DNA from: a candidate division WWE3 bacterium
GTDB lineage: Bacteria > Patescibacteriota > 4484-211 > GCA-002791395
Length of the DNA stretch: 64,000 bases
Direction: 5' to 3'
Assembly (NCBI GenBank): GCA_013335095.1
Contig: JAAXWF010000001.1
Coordinates: 214,797 to 278,796 of the forward strand
Of the stretch, positions 21,270 through 30,727 are shown in pieces. Positions within the stretch are counted from its first letter, which is position 1. Each line of letters starts with the position of its first letter. The position numbers and the translations under genes were made by a program. The notes beneath the pieces are model-generated. The model was given only the letters and a program-made list of their open reading frames with translations, was not told the DNA's origin and did no database searches.

Positions 21270-22237
21270 CTTTTATTTAATAAAATAACTTTACCTTCTG
21301 GACCAGAAAAAATATAGGCCGGCAATAATGTTCTTTTCTCGTTAATTGAGTGAAACAAATAATTATCGGCATAATACGCGGGTGTAATAGAATCCACATG
21401 AATATATCTATTTTCAGGATCTGTTAAATAAATGGCATCTGCAGCGCCATTTTCCATTTTACGACGAGCCTCCCCTATTGAAAGAACATTAGTAAATGAG
21501 TCCTCATTACGCACATTAGGTAAGAATAACGATAGGTTACGAATAGTACCCGTTGAATCTATCATAATAGACGTAGTAATGGGCAAGATTATTGATGCAC
21601 CATTCATTGAATAGGTAATATCACTAATTAATAATGGGCCAGATCCGGTAGCGGAAACCTGTATGTTTCCATCAGGATCTAAAAGCATATAACGAACATT
21701 TACTAAATCTACACTAATAAAGTCTTTTGGTAACTTTACTTTATCTAAAAATGTAGTCAATGCTTGTGATAGCTGTTCTGGAGACGGTTTACCTTCAGCT
21801 AAATTATTAGGACCAAGATTAAATGCTGTTGAAAAATTAATTACTCCCATCTTAGGATCAATTGATAAAACTTTATTATCCTGAGACCAGATGAACTGCT
21901 CACCCTGGTTCGATACTGTCGCTTTATCAGTAAGTCCCAAGGTAAAACCAATTAGCTGCATTGTACTGTTAGTAAACCAACGGCTCTCTGGTAAGGCTAA
22001 TTCAATATCTGCCATACGAGAAACATTCATTTCTTGCCGACCATCAACAAATTCAATATCAACTGGAGAATTACTTAATTCATCTACGAGGGTCGGGCTA
22101 CCGCCTAGTTTTATAACCGATTGAGTTGGTCTACGAGCGAAATATTCAAATAACAATGCGATCCCAAACAATAATACGATCGCAATTATGGACCCAACTA
22201 AAAGAGACAGTTTGTGTTTATTAATAAAATTCATCAT
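21266..22237 (-). CDS. Hypothetical signal-anchored extracellular protein
   Basis: 323 aa with an N-terminal TM anchor (LSLLVGSIIAIVLLFGIALLF). 4-nt overlap with the upstream hydrolase gene. Confidence 0.4.
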   Translation of the reverse strand: MMNFINKHKLSLLVGSIIAIVLLFGIALLFEYFARRPTQSVIKLGGSPTLVDELSNSPVDIEFVDGRQEMNVSRMADIELALPESRWFTNSTMQLIGFTLGLTDKATVSNQGEQFIWSQDNKVLSIDPKMGVINFSTAFNLGPNNLAEGKPSPEQLSQALTTFLDKVKLPKDFISVDLVNVRYMLLDPDGNIQVSATGSGPLLISDITYSMNGASIILPITTSIMIDSTGTIRNLSLFLPNVRNEDSFTNVLSIGEARRKMENGAADAIYLTDPENRYIHVDSITPAYYADNYLFHSINEKRTLLPAYIFSGPEGKVILLNKR

Positions 22238-22270
22238 TTATTATATTTTAACTATTTCTAAACTATATTC

Positions 22271-24007
22271 TCAATCACCAGTTGGTACCGCCGTCGGTCT
22301 TGGGGTACTCGTCGGAGCACCGGGAATTGGGGTCATGGTCGGAGTTGGCGGAGGTGTGATAAAGCCAGCATTTACATATACAGGCCCACGAACTTCATCA
22401 TTACGTTTTCGATTTAGTGAGAAGAAGTAACCTGGTAACGCGTTAGTAAAGTAGTCTTCACCTCGACATACTTCAATAAAAGGATTGTCGCGACAATCAA
22501 AATCATCTAGTCCGATACCTAATGTAGATAAGTATCTATTAGTAATAATTTCATACTGAATATGACGACGGCCAGGAGTCCCACTATCTCCCATTAAACC
22601 TAACTGCTGACCACGAGCAACATATGGTCCATAACCATAAGGGAGCTTAGTCATTCTCTCAGTTGAAGAACTTGAACCGCTGACTAAGTTAGACAATGAT
22701 ACAAAATAATCAGGTCCATAATAAGTACGCCTATAATGGACATCATTCAACATTAAGGTATATGGCATCAAATGTGTATACCGAGTAATCATGTCCGGAA
22801 CATTATCTCGGTTTAAATCAGATTCAATTTGAATCATCCATCCTTTTTCGCGAATGTACTGAGGTGCCGGTCCTGCATATGTTACAAAACCAGCATGCGT
22901 ACTATACACATGCATTGTATTTGCTAGGCTATTATTTGGCTTAACATCAATACCTGGATGAACCCAGCCTTCACGAATAGTCGGCAAGATTATTGTTGGC
23001 ACTCGATACGGAACATCAGTCGGACCTGCACCAATAGGTGTCGGAGATCCGCTAGCACTGGGTGTATAGTTTGGACAACTATTATGAGCATATAAAGCTG
23101 CGACGATATTAGCTAGAACTTGTTTGTGCCGCTGACAAATATATCCGTATGCACAATCTTGTGTTTTTAGAGCCCTAACTAAGTCGCCGGTGCTAACTGC
23201 CTGACTATTGAATGCTGATGCAATCGCCGGATCTTTACCAATTATCATGGTAAAGTATTGGCGTCGATCTGGATCAGCACCAGTACGAGAAATAGCCTCG
23301 CCTCCAGTATTTGCAATATCATCAAATGTAGCCGTATTAATTTGAGATCTATACGTACCTAACCCACCAGCTTGCCCAGAATTGAGATAGTTCCAGGCAT
23401 CCCGTTGAGCTCGTGGACTATTATTAACAATCTCATTCATCTTGGATCGCAACGTTGCAACACTTGAACCATAAAAACTTATGAATACATCTTTCCAGTG
23501 TTTACGATTCTCACCAGCCTGGTATCCACCAATTTGGTAATTTCGATAAGAACAGAATACTGATACTTGGCTTAAAGATCGATTATCATTACAGTTCACT
23601 AGATACGGATCAGGCCTCCCGCTTGTAGTATTTGAAAATGGATATCCATTCTCAAACCAAAGCCATGCGGTATTTAAATAGCGAATAATAGTAAATCCAT
23701 GACTTGCTGCATAGGCTTCACCTGATAACATTTGATTGACATCCCACTGGGTGTTTGCATCAGATTGGATTTTGGCACGAAAGGCTAAATAACCGGTGGA
23801 GCCCGTAGCTTCAGGTTGAGGCAAACCCATTGCTGCATAATCAGGTTCGGCAGGGCAGGCCTGTGCACTAACCGAAACAGGTTGGTGAAAATAAAAGGAC
23901 AGTATGAAGACAGATAAAGAACCGATGAAAACTCCGATACTAAGTCCAAGATAGTTCAAGCGAAATTTTCCGAGTTTTAAATTAGAATTAAGCATCTTTC
24001 TTAGCAT
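22271..24007 (-). CDS. Secreted LytM/M23-domain protein, possibly catalytically degenerate
   Basis: Signal peptide. GWVHPGIDV (HxGxD), then ...LGLMGDSGTPGRRHIQYEI, where the second His of the M23 HxH motif is Gln. C-terminal Pro/Thr-rich tail. Confidence 0.5.
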   Translation of the reverse strand: MLRKMLNSNLKLGKFRLNYLGLSIGVFIGSLSVFILSFYFHQPVSVSAQACPAEPDYAAMGLPQPEATGSTGYLAFRAKIQSDANTQWDVNQMLSGEAYAASHGFTIIRYLNTAWLWFENGYPFSNTTSGRPDPYLVNCNDNRSLSQVSVFCSYRNYQIGGYQAGENRKHWKDVFISFYGSSVATLRSKMNEIVNNSPRAQRDAWNYLNSGQAGGLGTYRSQINTATFDDIANTGGEAISRTGADPDRRQYFTMIIGKDPAIASAFNSQAVSTGDLVRALKTQDCAYGYICQRHKQVLANIVAALYAHNSCPNYTPSASGSPTPIGAGPTDVPYRVPTIILPTIREGWVHPGIDVKPNNSLANTMHVYSTHAGFVTYAGPAPQYIREKGWMIQIESDLNRDNVPDMITRYTHLMPYTLMLNDVHYRRTYYGPDYFVSLSNLVSGSSSSTERMTKLPYGYGPYVARGQQLGLMGDSGTPGRRHIQYEIITNRYLSTLGIGLDDFDCRDNPFIEVCRGEDYFTNALPGYFFSLNRKRNDEVRGPVYVNAGFITPPPTPTMTPIPGAPTSTPRPTAVPTGD

Positions 24008-24019
24008 ACGTTTAGTTGA

Positions 24020-26272
24020 CTAGTTTTTACAATAACGATATTCACCGTAATCTTGTGATGGGTTACCGCGATATGGACCTTGAGAATCAGCTTCGCCTGT
24101 GTATCCCCACTCCTGGCTAATTTGTCCGGACACGGGCCACCCATATGGCCTTGCTTGATCATCTGAAAGACGACCACCAATTGGTATCGATGCGAGGATT
24201 ACTGAACGCGATGCACGATCTTCCTCTAGCCCTCCAAATTCAGCCGATACTTCGATTGGCCCGATTACTGAATTATTTGAGGAAGCGTTATAACCGCAAC
24301 CACCAAATGCAGTAACATCTCGATACAGATAGAATAAAGGATTTGGTGTGGTGTCAGGCTTCTTCGGTAAAATTAAGACTCGTGGATCAGTACCTAAACA
24401 ACGTCCATCTTCAGTACGATTACCCGATAGCTGATCATATTTATCACACACAAAATTGTAGTCGCGAGGAACCAACCCACCTAATCCAGATATTGATGGT
24501 GGTGCGATATCGATACAAGGAGTAAAACAACCCATGGCGCTCGCAGCTGGTGGATTTACTGTTTGGAACAGTCGCTTTATAGGTGCTGGAATAATCATTC
24601 GATCTTCAAGCCAAGACATAATGTCTGAGTTTTTATCTTCAGGTGCCTTCACTTCGCAAGTCGGTCCAGAACAATCAGCATATGGAATTAAATCGCCTTC
24701 TCCATCACCATTTAAATCAGGACATTGGCTTAACGAACCACGTCCCTCACTCTGCGCTCTTTCATAGCACCATGGTGGAGGACAACCAGGTACAGTATAT
24801 CCGCCTTGGTCACAAGTAAATCCGCCCGCATGAGTCTGGTCAGCAATAGTAATTCCATAATACTGGGCACATTCTTGTATTGTGGGTTGGTGATCTGGTC
24901 GGTATTGACATCCCCATTCACCACCATGTAACTTAACCCCCTGACATTGACACGGAACCGCTGGTTGTGAAAGTTTATACTCCCCGAGTGTTTGTGAGGA
25001 TGTAATCGAATCTGTAGTATCCGGTAACACAGTAATCTCTGAAGAAGACGGCTGTAACGGCAACTCTTTTATCTCTCCAGCCTGTAAGGTGAATGGTCCA
25101 AACACAATTTGTGGACTGGTAACATCTGGACGTGTCTCTAAATACATAGGTACCCCATTTATCGTTCGTATCAGAATCGACGGCCAATCAGGGTTAGCAG
25201 AACCATATAATCCGATTTGTTCGGTTAAATATTCATCCAGGGAAGAACCATGTATATAATTCACTGGATTTAGAGGATTGTCTGTAGCACCTCCACGTGC
25301 AACCAAAAAATCAACGTTGTGCGCAAAGGCGTCTTCACCTCGTGCATCAAATGTTTTTGTATTAAGACGAACTAAAATATTATCGATTTCTAGATCACTT
25401 GTATTTTCAGCCTTGACGTATAACGAAATTGCATTAGATGCGTATACCTCTGTATGAAATTCAACGTATGCTTCGTCTTCACATGATCCAGTAAAACAAT
25501 CACGCACGCACTTATAAGAATATCCATCACGCCGAATAAACTTATTTGAGATAGAATTCGCCAAACCAAAGGTATTTGGACCTTGCGCCGCATGGCTAGT
25601 AACAGGAACAGCTCCCCAGTCAGCCATCACGGGAGATTGGCCACACCAACCAGCAATAACATGACGTATCCCCGAAACATGACAACCACTCTCAGGACAA
25701 ATCTCCCAATGCGGTGGTTCATCAGTTGGGGTCGGTACGGTAAAGGCATTAGCTGTTTCTCCAATCAGACCATTTAAACTAGTCGGAGTATTCAGCTCAG
25801 TACTCGCAAGAGGTGAATTTTGTTCTTGTATTCCACTACGGACTCGTCCTGGACCACATTGAGGACAAGAAATAAGACTTTCATGTAATTCTTTCAGCGG
25901 ATCTTCGACAGTTGGGACAAAGGCTTCACCACCAAGGGATACGGTATCCCACTCTAAAGATAACTTAACTTGTTTTATCATATTTGGAGCAGGAGGAACT
26001 CCCGGAGGAACCTCACCAGTAGGTACAGGAGCATCTGAGGGCACATTAGCAGGACCTTGAATTACAGCACCTCCAGGAAATGCACCAAAGAAGCCATCAA
26101 AGATAGAATCAAGACGATCTCGAAATCCACTGAAGATACCACTATTATTTCCGCTACCATCAAATATTCCACCCGCATGAGAAATACTAACGGGTCTAAC
26201 GATACAAAGTAAGGTAATCAAAAACAAAAACAGCAGTCGAGTAAGACTAGAAAAAACAGTTTGTTTATTCAT
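24020..26272 (-). CDS. Large secreted cysteine-rich protein (750 aa), function unknown
   Basis: Signal peptide, a Gly/Pro-rich N-region and many paired Cys (CPQCGPG, CQCQGVK...GCQYRP, PGCPPPWCY, CSGPTCEV). The extreme C-terminus carries YGWPVSGQISQEWGYTG, which resembles the opening strand of an M23 domain, but the protein ends before any HxGxD. Confidence 0.5.
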   Translation of the reverse strand: MNKQTVFSSLTRLLFLFLITLLCIVRPVSISHAGGIFDGSGNNSGIFSGFRDRLDSIFDGFFGAFPGGAVIQGPANVPSDAPVPTGEVPPGVPPAPNMIKQVKLSLEWDTVSLGGEAFVPTVEDPLKELHESLISCPQCGPGRVRSGIQEQNSPLASTELNTPTSLNGLIGETANAFTVPTPTDEPPHWEICPESGCHVSGIRHVIAGWCGQSPVMADWGAVPVTSHAAQGPNTFGLANSISNKFIRRDGYSYKCVRDCFTGSCEDEAYVEFHTEVYASNAISLYVKAENTSDLEIDNILVRLNTKTFDARGEDAFAHNVDFLVARGGATDNPLNPVNYIHGSSLDEYLTEQIGLYGSANPDWPSILIRTINGVPMYLETRPDVTSPQIVFGPFTLQAGEIKELPLQPSSSEITVLPDTTDSITSSQTLGEYKLSQPAVPCQCQGVKLHGGEWGCQYRPDHQPTIQECAQYYGITIADQTHAGGFTCDQGGYTVPGCPPPWCYERAQSEGRGSLSQCPDLNGDGEGDLIPYADCSGPTCEVKAPEDKNSDIMSWLEDRMIIPAPIKRLFQTVNPPAASAMGCFTPCIDIAPPSISGLGGLVPRDYNFVCDKYDQLSGNRTEDGRCLGTDPRVLILPKKPDTTPNPLFYLYRDVTAFGGCGYNASSNNSVIGPIEVSAEFGGLEEDRASRSVILASIPIGGRLSDDQARPYGWPVSGQISQEWGYTGEADSQGPYRGNPSQDYGEYRYCKN

Positions 26273-26347
26273 GCATTAATAGCAACAGTACCTAAGTTGT
26301 AACACCTATTTATTATCATTTCAAGTAATGTCACAGTCATTAACGAA

Positions 26348-26770
26348 CTAAGCATTATACTTTGCTTGATTAGAAAGGTAATCCCTTAATAATTCCTTTG
26401 CCGATTCAGAATGTCCCAGATTATGAGATAGAGATAAGCCATCATGTCGCATATTTTTCTCGGCCTGAAATGTTGTTAAGAATTCAGAAAATAATATAAT
26501 ATCTACTCCAAATTGTTTTTTAATTTTTGTAAAGACTTTTTGAAAATTATCAGGTAATTTTTTCTCACCCATATCTCCGACAAGAAATGCGGTAACATCA
26601 AATTCTTTCACGATGTTCGATAAATATTCAAAAAAGAGGAATTCATTCTTGTACTGATGCGATGATAAACTTTCAATCCCATACGCAGGACGATAAATAG
26701 CCAGGCCAATATATCGAAGACCCAAATCCACACCAATAATTACCTGTTCATTTTTATGTTTGACTGTCAT
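26348..26770 (-). CDS. YqgF/RuvX-like RNase H-fold nuclease (putative Holliday-junction resolvase-like)
   Basis: VIIGVDLGLRYIGLAIY plus downstream acidic residues fit YqgF. About 140 aa. Confidence 0.55.
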   Translation of the reverse strand: MTVKHKNEQVIIGVDLGLRYIGLAIYRPAYGIESLSSHQYKNEFLFFEYLSNIVKEFDVTAFLVGDMGEKKLPDNFQKVFTKIKKQFGVDIILFSEFLTTFQAEKNMRHDGLSLSHNLGHSESAKELLRDYLSNQAKYNA

Positions 26771-28274
26771 TTCCACTACGCACCTCAACCTTCACCTCAA
26801 GTCTATCTGAAATATGCGGCATAGATCGGAATGCATCGGGGATATATGGCCAGAGATTCATATCATAACCATCAACATGCTCCATCGACTTTAATATCGA
26901 CTCAGCTTGTGCAGGACGTATATTTAATAATTGGTCATGGATCTGATTTAGATTGAGATCAGGAACGACCATTGTTGCTAACTTTGCCTTTACGGTTATA
27001 GCCGAATTTACTTGACCTTCAATTTTTTCTAACGCAAGAGAATCTTCATTGTCTGTTACGACGAATCCATCTGGTATATTATCACGGGCGACTTTACTCA
27101 ACAGTTCTTTTACATCGCTTTCAGAAAATGCAACTACACTAGCAGAAATTTTTAACGTCAGAGCAAAATTTGAAGCCTCTGCTCCTACTGGATGATCATA
27201 GTCAGCAAATTTAGTATCAAATGAAATCATATCATCAGAAAATGTCTCACCTTCTTTTAATTCAGATTTTACTTTTGTCGGTGCATCAGCCTGTAATTTA
27301 CTCTTCAATTGCTTAAGAGCATTGGATTGATCGTCGGCCGATACAACAGTTACCTCACGAGTCAATCCTCCCGTTAATGCTTGTGGATTCGTCGCTCGAA
27401 CTGATCCAAGACCTTTTACCTTAAACTCGCCAACCGTAAAATCAGAATTAGCAGAAAGATTATATGTTTCACCAATATCAAGGGCTCCAATAGCAAGAGG
27501 CGAAGATTCACCCGGATCGAGGACCATTTGACCATCCTTCTCACTAATAGTCACCTCATCAACACGAACGGATTTATTTAGTACATATGACAAAGTCCCG
27601 CTTTTAAGAATAGTTCCAACAGGTAACTCAAGTGCAGAGTCACGGAAATTTTGGATAACAACCTGACCCGTCGCTTTTTCTCCAACCTGCTTTTTTCCAG
27701 AAGATGGGAATGTTTCACTTTGTTCAATTGTTGTTTCGACCTTTCGTCCTGGAATTTTCGAATTTGACTCATCAATTGTTTGAATATCTGGGTCAACCGT
27801 AACAATAGAACTTTTTTCAATAACTCGCTGATTAACGTAGAGCGTTACAACACCACGAGGTAGATAGTATAAGACAAATCCTGCCGTGGCTAATCCGGCT
27901 AGCAACAGAATAATCAAAAACGTAGCAATTAATCTTTTTGGAGTAAGGACTGATTGATGATGTTTATGTTTTTCATTCTTTGCAATCGGAGTATCAGCTT
28001 GTTTTAGCTCGTTCTTGTCATCGAGTACGCTCTCAGTAGATTCTTCGGAGGGCTCACTATTCTCCTGCACACTCATTGGTTGTCCACCTTCATGAACTAT
28101 ATGTATTTTTTTTCCTGTACGTTGGGCTACTTTCTCTAAAAGCGATAAATTTGAATGATACGACTTGAATACAGATCCCTCTGGCAAAAACAATTCGATA
28201 TCTTCACCAGAATACTGCTTCATCCCGTGAACTACTTCATATAATCTAATATGGTCATCTAATATTATTTTCAT
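26754..28274 (-). CDS. Bitopic membrane protein with a large extracytoplasmic domain (PilN/PilO-like partner?)
   Basis: 506 aa: a ~115-aa cytoplasmic N-region, one TM (LIATFLIILLLAGLATAGFVLYYL), then a ~370-aa outside domain. Translationally coupled to the actin-like ATPase upstream. Confidence 0.4.
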   Translation of the reverse strand: MKIILDDHIRLYEVVHGMKQYSGEDIELFLPEGSVFKSYHSNLSLLEKVAQRTGKKIHIVHEGGQPMSVQENSEPSEESTESVLDDKNELKQADTPIAKNEKHKHHQSVLTPKRLIATFLIILLLAGLATAGFVLYYLPRGVVTLYVNQRVIEKSSIVTVDPDIQTIDESNSKIPGRKVETTIEQSETFPSSGKKQVGEKATGQVVIQNFRDSALELPVGTILKSGTLSYVLNKSVRVDEVTISEKDGQMVLDPGESSPLAIGALDIGETYNLSANSDFTVGEFKVKGLGSVRATNPQALTGGLTREVTVVSADDQSNALKQLKSKLQADAPTKVKSELKEGETFSDDMISFDTKFADYDHPVGAEASNFALTLKISASVVAFSESDVKELLSKVARDNIPDGFVVTDNEDSLALEKIEGQVNSAITVKAKLATMVVPDLNLNQIHDQLLNIRPAQAESILKSMEHVDGYDMNLWPYIPDAFRSMPHISDRLEVKVEVRSGNDSQT

Positions 28275-28276
28275 AG

Positions 28277-29407
28277 TTATAATTCAACCCTGGTTAACGC
28301 TTCAATATTTGGTAACTTACCCGAGATTGTTTCTATCTTAGGGAAATTAACAAAATGTAAAAACTTAGTCCAAGGATACGCTGATAAACGCGATTTAATC
28401 TCACTTAGATGGCGCGATTCACCTGAAATAATAAGCCGCGGTGGGAGGTCATTTACTTTGAATTCTGAGAGCGCCGACGCGATGCCTTCTACCCAGATTT
28501 CGAGCGCAGTCTCTATCGAATGTTTTGTCATTCGTCCACGATCTTGGTCTAAATGTCCTTGGGCATATTCTAATTTCAAGTTCTCAGCATTATCATATGA
28601 GGTATTAAGATCTTGCTGTATTTGCCAGGTAATATCATTTCCTCCAATAAATAAGACTTCGTTTCCAACAACTTTCCCGCTCACAACAACAACGACCTCA
28701 GTCGAGTCGCCACCTACGTCTAAAAGAATAAAATCATTTCCGTCTTTTGACAAATCGACAGCGGCTTGCACCGATGTTTCAATAAGTGACACGATTTCAA
28801 GATTAAACTGATCAATAAGCGCATTGATCGTGTTTAGTTTAGTTTGGTCAATAAAATAATGTAGCACAGCTACCTCAATTTCGTTACCGGCTAGACCAAT
28901 GGGAGTCGAAACACGGGCCCCATCGACTTCAAAACCAGTAAAACTTGTTTCAACTCGAGTTAGTTCAGAACCACACTTTGCCTGAAGCTCTTGTAATGCT
29001 TTGTTCAATGTTTTTTCTTCTATTTTTTGGGCAATGACTTCAAACTCTTTCTCGGTTAATATCTCGGTCGGATGGCTCCGTTTGGTCCTGACTCGAAGGC
29101 CTCGAACATGAATCATCCCACCTGATAAACCTAATACAACCTGATTAGATTGCGAATCTGATTTTAGAGTTGCTTCATCTAATGCTAGCTTAAGGGAATC
29201 GGTTACGGCATCTAAATTTGTAATTTGCCCTGCATACATACTTTTTCGGCCCTGTATCTGGGATCCCATCCCAATAATCCTTGACTCGTGTTGTTCATCT
29301 GCAGGTTCAAATACAGCCACACGAATAGCAGAGCTACCTAAATCGATAGCGGTGTAGTATGGGGTCTTCTTTTGTTTAAAAATATTACCTAAAAGTTTTC
29401 CCTTCAT
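28277..29407 (-). CDS. Actin-like ATPase of the FtsA/PilM family
   Basis: YTAIDLGSSAIRVAVFEP (phosphate-1), ILLDVGGDSTEVVVV (phosphate-2) and a C-terminal adenosine motif. No ftsZ follows, so PilM-like is favoured. Confidence 0.6.
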   Translation of the reverse strand: MKGKLLGNIFKQKKTPYYTAIDLGSSAIRVAVFEPADEQHESRIIGMGSQIQGRKSMYAGQITNLDAVTDSLKLALDEATLKSDSQSNQVVLGLSGGMIHVRGLRVRTKRSHPTEILTEKEFEVIAQKIEEKTLNKALQELQAKCGSELTRVETSFTGFEVDGARVSTPIGLAGNEIEVAVLHYFIDQTKLNTINALIDQFNLEIVSLIETSVQAAVDLSKDGNDFILLDVGGDSTEVVVVVSGKVVGNEVLFIGGNDITWQIQQDLNTSYDNAENLKLEYAQGHLDQDRGRMTKHSIETALEIWVEGIASALSEFKVNDLPPRLIISGESRHLSEIKSRLSAYPWTKFLHFVNFPKIETISGKLPNIEALTRVEL

Positions 29408-29472
29408 ATTCCATTTACTGTACTGTTTTTATAATGAATTATCAACTTGACGTAAGCTTTTATAGATGAGAA

Positions 29473-29500
29473 AGCCCGGCACTTTCTCAAATGCCGGGCT
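29473..29500 (-). terminator. Intrinsic-terminator-like hairpin (AGCCCGGCA...UGCCGGGCU) with a weak U-tract on the minus strand
   Basis: 9-bp perfect stem seen directly. Lies between the GC-rich ORF and the pilM-like start. Confidence 0.3.
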
Positions 29501-29699
29501 CAAAATGAATCAACGTTTTCTGACTGGTACCTAGTCAACCGATAATTGATCGGTAACGATATTGACTAGGGTTATAACCATCAGTGATTATTGTGTCGCA
29601 CATCACCGTAGTGCGGGACTCAGTTCGTACTCAGAAGGTATTCGTTCGGGAATTTAATCCCACGCGACGTGCCTATCGCGCCTTCTGGATGCTTGCTAT

Positions 29700-30548
29700 T
29701 TACTCAAATGAGGTCGTCGATTCGAGTAAGTACGCGAGCACCGCCTCCCGAGTAATTCTACTCGGACGAAACCGTGCGATGACCGCACCCAGATGCTGGC
29801 TCCAGGCATCAACATCGGCTTGGGCTAGATCCCATCGCGACTCCATGTGGTTACGGAGTAGATACTGACCCTCCTGCGGCGCTAAAGCCCTAATTCGAAC
29901 CGCAATCGGACCGAGATGCCGCCGGATCAGCTCAGGTATGATCTCCAATTCCGGATACGAAGCCCCTTGATTAAAGAAGCTTGCAAATGCCGGATTGGGT
30001 CCGACCTCTGCAAACCACTCGAGCCACACTTCGATCAGATCAATGGATAGATCAGACATGTGCTTCCAGCTTGGCCGCAGTTGATCAAGCCCCATCAAAG
30101 ACAACGCCTTGTAAAAAGCCGACCAGACCAATATAGCCCGAACCTCATCTTCATGTCCTTCGCGGACGAGATGAAAATCATGTGTGTGCCGGGGACAATC
30201 GTCCCGAGATACAACATATCGAGTTTCGACTTCGATATGAGGTTCCAAAACTTTCTTCCACTCGAAGGCACAGATGACATCGGTATCATCCCGACGTACT
30301 TCGTTTCGAATCAACCAACGGCGAAAACCACCGTTGACATCATCGCTCTCCAGAACCATTCGGTTTTGAGGGATAACAATCCCTTCCACCGTTACAATCG
30401 CCCCTCGGCTTTCTGATGTTATGCCGATGACCGTCCCCACGGGAAAATGGCGAATCGAATCACCCGCCACATTTCGAGGAAAGCCTCGGTGGCTATACAT
30501 TTTCCCATCTGATCCAGTGATTATCCCAATACCAATGACCTCAGACAT
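29700..30548 (-). CDS. Hypothetical protein encoded in a GC-rich island
   Basis: 282-aa ORF with strikingly higher GC than its flanks (visible in runs such as gcgacgtgcctatcgcgccttctgg). No family recognised. Confidence 0.5.
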   Translation of the reverse strand: MSEVIGIGIITGSDGKMYSHRGFPRNVAGDSIRHFPVGTVIGITSESRGAIVTVEGIVIPQNRMVLESDDVNGGFRRWLIRNEVRRDDTDVICAFEWKKVLEPHIEVETRYVVSRDDCPRHTHDFHLVREGHEDEVRAILVWSAFYKALSLMGLDQLRPSWKHMSDLSIDLIEVWLEWFAEVGPNPAFASFFNQGASYPELEIIPELIRRHLGPIAVRIRALAPQEGQYLLRNHMESRWDLAQADVDAWSQHLGAVIARFRPSRITREAVLAYLLESTTSFE

Positions 30549-30727
30549 GGTCTGCTCCTTCGTTGCAGCAAAGCTGCGCTATAAATCGTACCCGGCAATT
30601 CGCCAGGCACCCATGTCGGTATTATCCGACAAGCCGTATTTAGGCCAAAAGATCAGTATTCTTAATACTAAGCTATTGTCCTAAACAAGTGTTATTTATT
30701 ATAGGATGTAAACACAAGAAATACAAC

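Noticed and set aside
29700-30548. GC-rich 282-aa protein as a CarD/CdnL-like transcription factor
   Set aside because: The N-terminal Gly/Val-rich beta-like segment prompted the idea, but the CarD KVGD..V.HP.HG motif is absent. It is left as hypothetical.
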